NCBI RefSeq assembly: GCF_009914755.1
Contig: NC_060929.1
Origin: the human T2T-CHM13v2.0 reference genome, Homo sapiens
Reading direction: 5' to 3' (one strand)
DNA: 64,000 nt
Shown here: positions 37,126 through 50,045 of the stretch, piece by piece
Numbering within the stretch: the stretch's first letter is position 1
Layout of the letters: each line of letters begins with the position of its first letter
Notes under the pieces: generated by a model
Database searches by the model: none
What the model was told of the DNA's origin: nothing
Seen by the model: the letters and a program-made list of their open reading frames with translations, nothing else
Translations under genes and position numbers: made by a program

Positions 37126-39239
37126 CTACTATATACCCAAAAAATTAAAAATTATAATTTAAAAAAAATTAAGAATATGGAAAAGATAGTGTGGCAAGAA
37201 ATGGTATGGGCCTAAATTAAGAGACTGACAAGAAGCCAGTGAAGATGGGTTGAGAGCAACTGAGGAGGTCAAATGGACAGGCCTGGGTGGGGTGGGGTGG
37301 GGTGGTAGATAGCAACAGCCTGCCAGTCTAGGTGACAGGATGAATGGCAATGCCACTCACCACAATGAGAAGCAAGAGGAAAAGGAGCAGGTCTAGGACA
37401 AAGAGGAACTCAGGTCTGCACATGCTGACTGTGGGGTGACAAGGTGGAGGGGCCATCCAAGTGGAGAGGTCGCTGGGCAAAGGAACGAGTGTGTCTTGAA
37501 CCTAGGAGAATAACCTGGACTGGAGACACGTATTGGAGTGTGAGCATATATGTGGTAGCAGAAACATTCCTAGTGAATTAAATTATCCAGGAGAGATTAG
37601 TAAGGTGAAAAGAGGTCTGAGGACAGAACCCTAGAGAATCACCAATATTTAAAGGTTGAGAGAAAGAATATGACTCAGACAAAAAGACAAAGCCAGAGAT
37701 ATCAGAGAGAACGTGCAGAAAACCTTGAGAGAACAACGCTATAGAAGCCACTGGAGAGGAAGGGAGTGCCAGATAACACCAGAGTCCAGGATTCACGACT
37801 GAATGAGAAGTAATCAACAAGCACCCACGGCCATCAATTTTGGTTATATTCATAAAATACCTCCACAAGGAAGATATAAGATCGCCAAATAAGTGAACAC
37901 ATTTCTCCAAATTTAGGTTGTTGAAGAGACTACCAAATCAAACACACTTACCAAATCAAACACACTTGTGATCTCACTGAGGTTAGAAAACAACTCTAAC
38001 ATCAGAAAGCTGCCAAAATCATGACAGCTTTAAAAAAATTAAAATCATGACAGCTGAACACCATGGGCAAAGCAAAGCCTTGGAATATAAAATCCAAGTT
38101 CCATTCAAATTCCTTCTCATAACAACATTAAGACTAATATATAAGCTTATAATTTCTAAAAATTGTAAACTCGTCTTTTACTGAGAGCCTCAACTTGATT
38201 CTTGTTTAGCTGGAAAAGTTCTATTGAACTGTCAGGGATTTTTGCTACTAGATACACAGGCACATCTCTGCAATACAAAGTCTGATCTGAAGCAACATTT
38301 CAAATAGTCACACACTCAAGACACATTTCATATCCAACACTTATTTGCAATCTGTGTCTGTATATGCCAGGTTATTTGGCAATCACTCAAAATTAATCTA
38401 TTTAGGTAAGCAATTATCATGCAACCCTACAGTACTTAAGAAGTTGCCAAAAATCAATTCTGAGGCAAGAGATATAGAATCACACCAAAGAATAGAAAAA
38501 CAGACAACAAGAGTCTTGGTCTTCCAAGATTTCTAACAAAGAACATATATTCCAGAATCCAGGGCTCAGAATCACAATGCATACAAAATTACAGCACAAG
38601 GTCTTAGAACCTCATAACCTAAAACCATAGTGATCATACACAACATTTATCTCTTCCCCCAAACATCTTACATTCTTCTGTTCATTACATTTTAAGATCT
38701 ACAAATAAATGAGATAAAATGGAACATAAGCTTAAAGACTTTATTACTGGTTTAAATATTCACAATGCCACAATCTGCCTCAGACAAATCAGAGTCATGT
38801 GGTTAAATGTGCAAACAATTACTCGATTTAATTTCATCTTGCAGAAGTTGAAAACAAGCTGTAATCACAGTGGATGCTGCTCATTTTATTCCAAAAGCCA
38901 CCATCTTTTGTGTTCCTGATTGGATTTTATTCTTGGACACAAGTGGAGTGACTGACCAGAATTTCTTCCTGGGTTTCCACACTAAGCATGCTAATTCATA
39001 GGGTATTAAGAGGGTCATGCCTAAATAAAACAACAGCTGGATCTCTCCTAAAGGGGCTTATTTCAGCTCCTTAAAGAGACAGGGTCCAAGCTGAGGCACT
39101 GCCCAAATCTTCATACTGAACAGTTGGACAACTTACTTGCATTGAGTCCTGGAAGCTCATAAAGTCAGGAGCCCTGGTCTTTAGGTGAGGACAGAGCCCA
39201 AAGCAATTCCAACTCATAGTCTACCTTCAGATTGATGGG

Positions 39240-39430
39240 TAAAAGCAGACTCCAGGATCACACTCCCAGTGCTCTGCCAAGGCCTTAGACAAGTTATTCA
39301 ATCTCTCTTTGCCTCATTTTTCTCATCTGTAAAATTGACATAATGGAACTTACATGGAGTTAATGTGAGGAATACATAAGAGTGTGCATCTTAAGTGTTT
39401 AGCACAAGACCTTGCCTGTATTAAGTTCCC
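39240..39430 (+). mobile_element. MIR
   Basis: CCTTAGACAAGTTATTCAATCTCTCTTTGCCTCATTTTTCTCATCTGTAAAAT. Confidence 0.82.
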
Positions 39431-39473
39431 ATGAGCATCATTTGTAGCTAAAAACCTAACAGGGAAAAATCTG

Positions 39474-40057
39474 TGTATGAGTTATCTATGGCTTTATAAC
39501 AAATTACCCCCAAAATTAGTAGCTTAAAATAGTGAGCATTAATGATCTCAGATTCTCTGGGTCGGGAATATGAGCACAGTTTTGCTCAGTGCCTCTGCCT
39601 CAAGGTTTCTCACAGGCTGCAATCAAGGGATCTGCCAAGGTTTCACGGGAAGCTTGGATGGAGGGAGGAGCCACTTCACAGTCCACTCACATGGTTGTTG
39701 GCAGGATTCAGATCCTCAGGAACTACTGGGCTGAGAGCCTCAGCTCCTCGCTGGCTGGCAACTAGAAGTTTCCTTTGGTTCCTTGCCACATGGCCTAGGC
39801 CTCTGGTAGGGTAACTTACAGCATGGCCACTGGCCTCCATCAGGGCAGGCAAAGAAGGGAGTGAGAGAGGGCACACAAGCTGGAAGTCACGTTCTCTGTA
39901 ACCTAATTTCAGAAGTGACATCCTATAATTTTGCAATATTCTACTGGCTAGAGATGAGTCACTAGGTCCAGCCCATACTCAAGGAGAGGGGACTACACAA
40001 GGGCATGAATGTCAGGTGAGAATATTTGGGGATGTTCTTAAAGGTGTACCTATTGCA
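39474..40057 (-). mobile_element. MaLR solo LTR (MLT1F-like)
   Basis: TGTATGAGTTATCTATGGCTTTATAACAAATTACCCC...AAGGGCATGAAT...CTATTGCA. Perfect 5-bp TSD ATCTG (39469-73 / 40058-62). Confidence 0.88.
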
Positions 40058-40094
40058 ATCTGAAAAGCCAAAGTCTTCACGATGAGCTTCCAAC

Positions 40095-40490
40095 TCTTCC
40101 TTTCCTTCTTTCAACAACTATTTGAGTACCTACTTGGTGCCAAGCTATGTGCAAGAGCTTGAAAACATATTAAAGAAAATAGACATACCTCTGCTCTCAT
40201 GAAGCATATAACATAGAAGAGGAAACAGATATTAAAGAAATAAAACAAATCATCATTGACTTAAAGGTGTGACAAGGGCAATGAAGAAAAAGTACATCTG
40301 ATAACACCACAGGAAGAATGTGATCTGCTTGGGATTCAAGTAAGGCTTCCCTAAAGAAGAGAGCCAGGCTGAGACCAAAAGGATGAGAAATAGTTAACCA
40401 GGTAAAGGGCAGGGCCGGTAAAGAGACAGCATTTCAGACACAAAGGGAATAGAGTTTATGAAGACTGTGAGGTTGAAGGTATCTTGCACA
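40095..40490 (-). mobile_element. L2 3' fragment
   Basis: TTCAACAACTATTTGAGTACCTACTTGGTGCCAAG...AAGGCTTCCCTAAAGAAG...GGCTGAGACC. Confidence 0.8.
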
Positions 40491-42127
40491 TGGCAGGGGC
40501 TCAGCAAATGGAAGGGTGGAGGCAGATATGTGCCCAAGCAACACCAAATAGAAACGTTTCTAATTGGCCCTTGTTCTCAACTAAATTAAATTCAACAATG
40601 TACTTCAGGCAAATTGACCCTCCATGGTTTAGGTTGGATCTACAAACAATCCAGATAAACAGAGTTAATAAAATCCACTTTGGTTTCAACCCTCCACACT
40701 TTCAGAACCTCCAGTGCCTTCAGGGCTTAGAATTATTTTAATAATTTTTCCATTAAAACAGCTTTATACAATAGGACACACTGTCCCTAATCAAAATGAG
40801 ATCTCACTCCAATGGATTGCTGCTAACCAAAAGACACTCACTTAGAACAATGAAGACTCCTTCTCATTCCATTTCTTTAAACTCAATCAATTTTTACATG
40901 AGTAATGCTACTTAGTGACTCCTGCAGTTAAAGAGAACAGAGGGCTGCCAATACATGGCAGAGATAGACTGAAACACTCAAAATAAAGATGCTTTTCTTT
41001 TGATTCCCGTGCTTAAAGGATAAACACAGAAACAGACACAGACCAGTGGGTGTTTAAAGAACTTTCCTGCAAGGCATTTGAATTCTGCCCAGCGCTTTCT
41101 CCTGCTTACCAGCAAGCTGCAGGTTCAAGTACCAGCCATAGAATGACACATTTCAATACATCTGAAATCTGATGTATTTGTACAGGAAAAGAAATTAACA
41201 GTTGCTCATTATAGCCACATTAACCTGGGCTAATATACTTATGACAAATGGCCAACATTGTAATCCTATTGACGAAGGACCATCTTTTCTATTGATGCTG
41301 TGAAACCCCCAAGTACACTGTCAGTAGCCAATACATACATAATAATAATGCAGTGGAAGTTTGGGGGGCCGGTAACACGTTTTTATTATGCTCAAAAATT
41401 GAGTGTCAGCTGAAAGTCAGCTTTGGGAAAAGCCCGCCTTCAGCCCCACTTCCAGGATGGAATTCCCAAAGTAAAAGCCACAGGGAGAACGAAGCAGGCA
41501 TGATCACAGTTACATGCTTTCCTGGGTCAAGAAGCTGTAGTGAGATAAAACTGAGAAAGAAGGGCCGTTCCCCCCAACTCACACACACATGCCGACAACT
41601 GTCCCCTCACCCACCTCATCACAATTAAGGCCCATGATAATGGGTGAAGGGGAGTCAGGAATGATGGGCCTACGGAAAACTACTTAATAAAAGAGTTAAC
41701 CTTTTAAAATAGTTTTGATAAACTGTAGGAAGCTGGAGGGCCCTAAATTTAGAGTTTGTGGGCTGACAAAACAAGCTTCTGGCTGGAAGTTGAAAGAACT
41801 GGATTCCAGCATCAACTAATTAACTCTTTGGCCTTTAACAAACATCTTCAATCAGTCAATTAACAAGTCATTATTGAATAGCTATTACATAGTCAGTGCT
41901 GAGAAAGCTGTGGGCTTGATACAAAGGATGTTAGGATTTCATTGCTTGCCCTCAAGGAACTTAACATTTTAACTCAGGAAGGAAACACGAATATGTAGTC
42001 AGCTTTCCAGAACCCGCCAGGAACAACTCTGTTATTCAGTCCTCCAAGAGTTGGAACCTTTAAATTCAACAGCTTTTTAGCAGTTAAGTGCTTTTACCAT
42101 AGAAATCTTTCAGAAATATACTATCTC

Positions 42128-42401
42128 ACCATTCCCAAAGTTGTTTTTTTTTTAAGGCACAGACCATGGTTCTTATGAATATTAATAAGAGTTATGCAAA
42201 AAAGTAGGGAGATCCCATGGTAAGTTTGGGAAACAATGAGTTGAAAAGTTAAATAGGTTTCTTTAACTATAGAACACCTTGGAGCCCTTTAAAAACTAAT
42301 GTGTACTGCACATATCTAAAGGGAGTATATTATGTACTTCTCCAGAGAATCATTTATTCTCATTGGATTAAAGTTCAGTGCAACGTACTTTGGAAACACT
42401 G
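42128..42401. mobile_element. hAT-Charlie MITE (MER103/Charlie4-like)
   Basis: TTCCCAAAGT...TAAGTTTGGGAAAC...GAGCCCTTTAAAAACTAATGTG...ACTTTGGAAACACTG; inverted termini. Confidence 0.65.
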
Positions 42402-43554
42402 TGATATACACACCCCGTTCTCCTTGAGTAAATGCTCCTGATGGCTCAGAACTGTCTTGTCATGGACCTCCATCATGGGGATGGACTGGTGATATGGATG
42501 AGCTACTGCATGGAAATGCCTTCATTGGCCACCCCCACCCAAGAGGCTATTTCATGGGTGGAAGCTGTGGACACTACTCAGTCATGCTCCACTATTGACT
42601 ATGCTGCTATGAGGTGGGCTTTGAGAGCAGCCCAAATTTGACATTCCCATCTGGGACCCAGAGGCTGGCTGTGAAAAGCTTTCAGGACCTAGAACACTCT
42701 TCACTCCATGATGCTGCTACTATAAGTTATCTCCTACCCTTGAAGCTCCACCTCCCTTAGAAAGACTCTAGGCCACACTGATCTCCTGCTCCACTGAGAC
42801 CACAGATGGCCTGCATGATGTTTGTGGCACTCACCTGGGCTCTGCCTTATGGATTTCCATCCACAATGAAATGTATTTGGCCATTTATTGTGGACGGATT
42901 TGTGAGTGCATCCTCAGCTAAACAATATGTTCCACAAGAGCAGTGTCTGTGTCTCCCTGTGGCACTGAGAACATACTTTTAAATTTTTGCTGATTGATCA
43001 AGAAAAATTTAAAGAGAAATGCAAGGTATTTTTACGAAAAGAGGTCAGTCAAGCTCAGTCAGCCATCCTGGCATTGGCCTTCTGAGATAAGAGTTATGCT
43101 GTTTGTCTTATCCACAGGCACAGTGTGGGAGGTGAGGCTGTCCCCACACTGTGGTGATAGTATTAATAAGAAGTCCCAACCCAGACAGAGGTAGAGGAGG
43201 CTACAGGGACATCTGGAAAGGCTTCTGAAGGTGTGGCTGCTGAGCATGGTGCCCTCGAGACCCCACCATGCCCTGAAGTGGTCAACCATCTCCAAGTGTA
43301 GTCTGGTGGCTCATGCAAGAGCCATGCACTCTGCGGCCCATGGAGACTGCCTTTGTACCAAGCCCACCAAAGCCAGAAAGGAAATCTGCTTTCTTAAAAT
43401 CACTGGTCACCAGTGAATCACTGTTTTGATTTTGGTGAATCACTGTTCACCAAACAGTAAACAGCAAAAAATTCTGGCTGCCCTCTCTCCAGTACTAAAA
43501 GGGAGAATCTGTCTGGAGGATGCTGCCCAGTGTCTGGCAGAATTTCCCCAGCCT

Positions 43555-43800
43555 CACGGGAAGCAGATCAGCCAGGTCTGAATCATGGCTCTCTAGTGGG
43601 TTAGTCATCCAACCTTGGGCAACATGGTTAGTGTCCAGGGCCTCAGTCTTCTCATGTGTAAATGTAAACTGGGGGAAAACAGTTCTTTTTCATAGGGTTG
43701 TTGTGAGAGTAATACGAGTTAATTGTAATATGAGTTAACGGTGCAAAGTGCTCAGCCCAGCACGTGGCATGCAGTAAATGCTCACTAAACGTTGGCATTA
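43555..43800 (+). mobile_element. MIR
   Basis: CCTTGGGCAA...GCCTCAGTCTTCTCATGTGTAAA...CATAGGGTTGTTGTGAG...AGTAAATGCTCACTAAACGTTGGC. Confidence 0.82.
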
Positions 43801-44059
43801 TTGATCAACAGCTCCACCTGCTCTGTGCAGGACTTAGCTCTGTCCAACTCTCCAATCCAAGCTGAGGTCCCCAGAGCCACATAGGGTGATCCTGGGCTGA
43901 TCTATTCAGATGACATAGGCTCAATAAGTGAAATTTATTTTTTACATAATTAGATTGGCAGATTTTGCTGCCCTCCCCACCAAATCATAATACTCCTCAA
44001 AGTTAAATTAGTTGTGTATTTTTATCTTTTTTTGTTTGTTTGTTTGTTTTTGTTTTGCT

Positions 44060-44215
44060 TTGACACCCAATAGCTGTGAGGATTTGGGCAGCTTCCTTAT
44101 CTGTAAAAATGGAGATGATGATGGCACCTACTTCATTCAGTTGCTGCAAAGGTTAAATGGAATACAAGTAACATGCTCAGCCCATAGTAAATTCTCAGTC
44201 AGTAGTCACCGCTAT
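44060..44215 (+). mobile_element. MIR
   Basis: TAGCTGTGAGGATTTGGGCAGCTTCCTTATCTGTAAAAATGGAGATGATG. Confidence 0.75.
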
Positions 44216-46538
44216 TCCTATCTGTGCATCTACATTTGCCAGAATCAAGAGAAAGATCCACCACCACTGCTTTTTCTGCCATAGTGTGGCTAACAAACAT
44301 TGCTGGAGACTTCAGGACCCTGGTGACTATTCTAAAGTAATGTGAAAACCCAGAAGCAGTCCTTTCCTACCCAGCATAGATAATGATGGTTCCTGGAGGC
44401 CAGCAGTCAGCAGATCAGACCCACGGCAAAGTGCACCATGCCTAGGAGGGCAAGGTCTCAGCAGCCAGAAAAGGAGCATCTCCCAAGAGCAGGAGGAACC
44501 CCATCACTCCCTCCACTTCTCAGCAGGGAAATAAGAGGCTGAGAACAAGGTGATTAGGGAACTCCACAGCCTTGCAATCAGCAAAGAGGTAATCACATGC
44601 CCATGGGACCTGAGGGCATGGGAAATAATAGGGCAGAGTGACTTCACTCAGGTAGACTGCGCAGGAGAGGAGAACAGAGCAACTGACAAGGGTGAGCAGA
44701 AATAAAAGGGATGAAAACATCCCTCAAGTCACAAACTGTTCTTCCAGAGTCAGACTCTCCCTCCACTAAGAAATTCATCTGGAGGGTGGCTCGCCAAAGA
44801 CTCACTGCCACGAATTCTTGGGAGGACATGCCCGGGGCCCTGGCCCAGTGCTGCCAGCAGACCCTGTACACACTTGGAGTGGACCTTAGGAACAGGGACA
44901 CTTGATGAGGGCTTTAGTCTGCGGCTGCAATTCTCCAGAGACAGAGTTTCTGGTCAGACAGGAGCAATCCCCATCACACTATCTTCTCTTCAACTCCCCC
45001 ATCACCACCTTATCCAGGAAGAAGTGATTCTGCCAGGAAAAAGGGGGCTCAAACCTTAAAAGAATGTATTAGGTGTACAAAAAAAAAAAAGCTCAGTGCA
45101 AACTAACATTTCACTGAGATCACATGTTTTTCCTATCAGGACAAAAATCCAAAAGGCAATCACTCAGTCAGTCGGGAGAAAATAGGCACTCACGTGTGCT
45201 GCTGGTGGGGGCTTTAACTGGGGCAACCCATGGAAGGGGAGTGTAATTTGGCAACATTCATTAACATAACTAATGTATATGCCCTTGGACCAAACAAATT
45301 CGTTTCTGAAATTTAACCTACAAATACAGCTGCACACGAGTGAAATGAGGCTTCCCTAAGATTATTCATTACAGCATTGTTTTTAACAGCGTAACACAGG
45401 GAACAACCCCAGTTTCCACCAATAGGAGACAAGGCAAATAAATCAAAGTACATTCAGACAATGGAATATACGCAACTTTCAAAAAGAAAAAGAATTAGAA
45501 CCCAATAGAAAAATGGGCAAAATTCATAAAATGTCCACACAGAATATTTGAAAAGATGCTCCACTTCACTCATAATGAAAGAAATGCCAATTAAAACTAC
45601 ACTGTGATACCATTCCTCACCTATCCTGCTTGCAAAAGCCCAAATGCTTCATCACATATTCTGTTGGCAAGGCTGTAGGGAGCCAAGCACTGTTCTATGT
45701 TGCCGGTTAAAGGGCAAAATGGTTCAGCCCCATGGAGAGGGATTTGGCAATTGCTGACAAACCTGCATATGCTTCTGCTGTGACCCAGCAATTCCCCTTC
45801 TAGGAATTTACCCCCAAAGATATACGTCTCTGCAAACATGAAACAATAAATGCACAAGATTATTCACTCACCCTCATGAATATGCCGGAAAATGTTCAAA
45901 CAACCTAAATGCCCATACATAGGAGACTGGCTGAATAAACTACTATAAATCCACACAATGGAAAAAATTCTGCAGCCCTATGAAAGAGTGCGAAAGATCT
46001 TGATAAATTGCTATAAGCTGTTTCCATGTATTGTTAAGTGGAAAACAGCAAGGTACGCAAGTAAACATGTATACATGTATACACATGAGAGAGTAGGAAA
46101 CAAAAACATACGAATATACATCCTTGTTTTTGTAGAAAGAAACACAGAAATAATAAACTAGCAGCTACTAGAAATGGTTCCCACAGTGGGCAGGAGAAAC
46201 AGGGTGGGAAGGACAGTAGCAGGGAGTAAAATTTCTATTCCTCTCTATATAGTTTTGATTTTGAACATAAATGTTTTATATTTTCAAGAAATTTTAAAGT
46301 GATGAACAAAGCATACCCTAAAGTTGAATACAAACAGCAATAAGAAAACCTAATCGTATATTAACATGGAAACAAAATCACTTTAAAAATAAGAATTTGT
46401 CCAAGTAATTTTCAAAACACTACTCCTTTAAACCTTTACTGGGATATAGTGTAGGAACAAAAAGAGCTAGCTGTCTACAGCACCCGAATTATTTTCTTCG
46501 CACTGTTAGGATAACCTCACTTCAACAATTTTAATAAA

Positions 46539-46950
46539 GCCAAATGCCCATCAATCAATTAGTGGATAAAGAAACTGTGGTGTATATATACGATGGAATA
46601 CTATGCAGCCATAAAAAGGAATGAATTAACAGCACTTGCAGTGACCCGTATGAGATTGGAGACTATTATTCTAAGTGAAGTAGCTCAGGAATGGAAAATC
46701 AAATATCACATGTTCTCACTGATATGTGGGAGCTAAGCTGTGAGGACACAAAGGCATAAGAATGATACAATGTGACTTTGGAGACTTGGGTGGAAGAGTG
46801 GGAGGGGAGCGAGGGATAAAAGACTATGTATACGGTGCAGCGTATGGTGCACCAGGATCTCACAAACCACCACTAAAGAAGTTACATAACCAAATACCAC
46901 CTATACCCCATATAACTTATGGAAAAATAAAAGAAAAAAGAAAAAAAAAG
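46539..46950 (+). mobile_element. L1PB (L1PB1-like) 3' end
   Basis: GGAGACTATTATTCTAAGTGAAGTAGCTCAGGAATGGAAAA, GGGAGCTAAGCTGTGAGGACACAAAGGCATAAGAATGATACAATG and an A tail. Confidence 0.9.
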
Positions 46951-48269
46951 AAATTTTGAACTTTGGTAGGTTTGTTGTATTATCAGTACGGTAATTCCTA
47001 GACTCTTGTATACACCGTAGAATACAATAAATAAGTAAATGTATTGATATTATTTGGAATTAGGTTTCTCACTGTGCGAAAAATAAAGAGCCTATTTTAT
47101 GGAGTCTAATGGTATCGTGTTTGATTTACACTGAAAGTATCGATAAGAGCTCATAATTTATAGCATTCCTGCCTCTGTGCATTTAAAGTGGCTCAAAGTA
47201 ATGACAAGTGCTGATAGCGACCTGCACACCCAGCCCCCAGATCTTGGTTTATAAATACCAGTCCTCATTAGAAGGAACCAGGATTCTTTGGATCTGATTC
47301 CAGGACTGGGGAAATGCAAGATAAGCCTAGAATATCTTATTATGCCAGAAAGTGAGTGAGTGCTCAAAAGAACAGAAAAGCAAGCTTGAAAGGGCTCCCA
47401 TCGTCAGATTTGGGACAATTAGTGCATCAATAGGCACAGTGATGTCCATGACAACACACTGAATGGTAATCACTGAACTGAAAGAAAATCCAGGAGTCCA
47501 CAGTGTTACTAACAAGGTGGGAGAGAGATGAAGCTCTTCTTTACTAAAAAATACTAGCAAAAAAATATGGGTAATATTGGAAAATCATCACTTTGCAATG
47601 TAATACTATAGGAAAGGACCATTAATGCATGCTAAAGTATTTGGGTAAAAGGTCTTTTGAGGAACAGGATATTCACATGGTCTCAAACTTCCATCTCACT
47701 GATTATTTATTGGATACAAAGGAAACAGGGTGCCTTTACACTGAGCTAGCCGGCAGACACCCCCTTAACCAAGTGATCAAACTAAGGATCCCAAACAGTG
47801 AGACAAGGCGGCATGGCATCTTATGTGATACAGTGGGAAGTATAATACAGACCATCACTGCTGTGATCTTCCTGGCAAAGTGTCTGATCAGAGTCCAATC
47901 GTGAAGAAGCAACCAGACAAGTACAGATGGGGTGACATTCAACAGGACAACCTGCCTGAACCCTTGAAAAATAACAATATCCAGAAGGACCCCCCTCGCC
48001 CCCAAATGGTAGCAGTACTCTTCTCTTTTCTAGACCAAATGTGACATAACAACCAAATTCAATATCTCACAGATCCTGGAATGGAAGAAAAAAACAGTTA
48101 CATACAATGTTTTTGGAAAGTAAGAGGAAATGTTTTTCAACAAGGTTCTAGCTAAAGTAAGAAATTTTAATGCAAACTTGATATCATTATTATATTAATG
48201 TTAAATTTCTTAGGTCTGATCATTTTGTTACTGAAAACATGAGATAATTAATGTATCACCTAAAGTATC

Positions 48270-48574
48270 TTTATTTATTTATTTATTTATTTATTTATTT
48301 TGAGACAAGGTTTCACTCTGTTGCCCAGGCTGGAGGGCTGTGGCACAACCATGGCTCACTGCAGCCTTGAACTCCTGGGCTCAAGCCATTCTCCTGCCTC
48401 AACCTCATGAGTAGCTGGGACTACAAGCACACCATGCTGGCTAATTTTGTTTTTTGTAAAGATGGGGGTCTCATTATGTGGCCCAGGCTGGTCTTGAACT
48501 CCTGGCCTCAAACAATCTTCCTGCCTTAACATCCCAAAGTGCTGGGATTATAGTATGAGCCACCAAACTCGGCC
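48270..48574 (-). mobile_element. AluJ with a (TTTA)n tail
   Basis: CATGGCTCACTGCAGCCTTGAACTCCTGGGCTCAAG; ends GGCC at 48574. Confidence 0.95.
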
Positions 48575-48735
48575 TAAAGGGTATTTGAACATAAAAAAAG
48601 ATGAAGATGTTGTCTCTGTTCTGATTATTTTTAAAGTTTCTTCATTATATTTTATGTTTAAAAAGGCAAGCTAGAGAACACTGTGTATAGACTTCTACCT
48701 TGGGGTAAAATGTTGGGGAGGGGGCAAATTATAGG

Positions 48736-48913
48736 TTTTTTTTTTTTTAACTTTTAAGTTCAAGGGTACATGTACAGGTTTGTCATATAGGTAAACTCAT
48801 GTCATGGGGGTTTTTTGTACACATTATTTCATCATCCAGGTATTAAGCCTAGTATCCAACAGTTATTTTTCCTGATTCTCTCCTTCCTCCCACCCTCCAC
48901 TCTCTGGTAGGGC
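48736..48913 (-). mobile_element. L1PA (older primate subfamily) short 3' end
   Basis: Poly-T then AACTTTTAAGTTCAAGGGTACATGTACAGGTTTG...CCTCCCACCCTCCAC. TSD CAAATTATA (48725-33 / 48914-22). Confidence 0.9.
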
Positions 48914-49336
48914 CCAAATTATACAGTTGCTTATATGCACATACACAATTTCTGGAAGAATATGTAAGAAATTAAAAAAGATGGTGACCTGTGGCAGGTA
49001 GAAAAGAGAAGCAGAGAACAAAACAGAGCAGATAAGAAACACAGGTGGGAGCAAGCACATCAGCTGTACCCTTTTCGAAATATTTTGAACCATGCATAGG
49101 TATTATGTACTAAAAAAAGAAAAAGTCAGCATTGTGTTTTAGAAGAGAAAAGTGAATATCTAGAAGGTGGAAGGAATAGGTCAGTGAAAGAACTAAGAAC
49201 TTTGAGACCTTAAGGGAGGGGACCTTAACATTTTCTAGGGGTGTCAGTGATGTCCTTGGTATCATGAAACATGACCTTCTCAGGCTGAGTGGGGCAGGGC
49301 AGGTGTGCAGCTCAGCAAAACACATCAGAAGTCTTA

Positions 49337-49648
<312 letters not shown>

Positions 49649-49659
49649 TTATTTTGCAG

Positions 49660-50035
49660 CAATTCAGCAATTCTTTTACTAAAAATATATGCCAAGGAAA
49701 TAATAAAGATGAACAAAGATTTAATCACCGAAAATGTTCATCACAACATTGTTATAATAGGGAAAAACTAAAAACAGTCCAAATGTTTTTAAAAGCCTTA
49801 TTTAAATAAATTATTGGACTATCCACCCAAAGAAATACTAGGCAGTCATGCTCAAAGTATATGCCATGACCCAGAAAGATGTTTATGTAGCATTTTAAAA
49901 CGAAGGGGGCATATACAGCTCATGATTTCATTTAAAATTGTGTATGTGTGGATATATAAATGTATAAAGCAATATGGCTATCTTGGGGTGACAGGATTAC
50001 AGGTTTTTTTTCTTCTGATTAATTTTCTCAAAAAG
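49660..50035 (+). mobile_element. L1ME-like 3' fragment
   Basis: CAGCAATTCTTTTACTAAAAATATATGCCAAGGAAATAA...AATGTTCATCACAACATTGTTATAATAG. Confidence 0.7.
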
Positions 50036-50045
50036 TGAGGCTTTA

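Larger units (their letters stand above)
45110..49110 (+). mobile_element. Composite of old L1 (L1MC/L1ME-like) fragments hosting younger inserts
   Basis: Repeated L1 ORF2-end/3'UTR motifs (GAAAAGATGCTCCACTTCACTCATAA, GACCCAGCAATTCCCCTTCTAGGAATTTACCC, CCCCTTAACCAAGTGATCAAAC). Confidence 0.8.
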
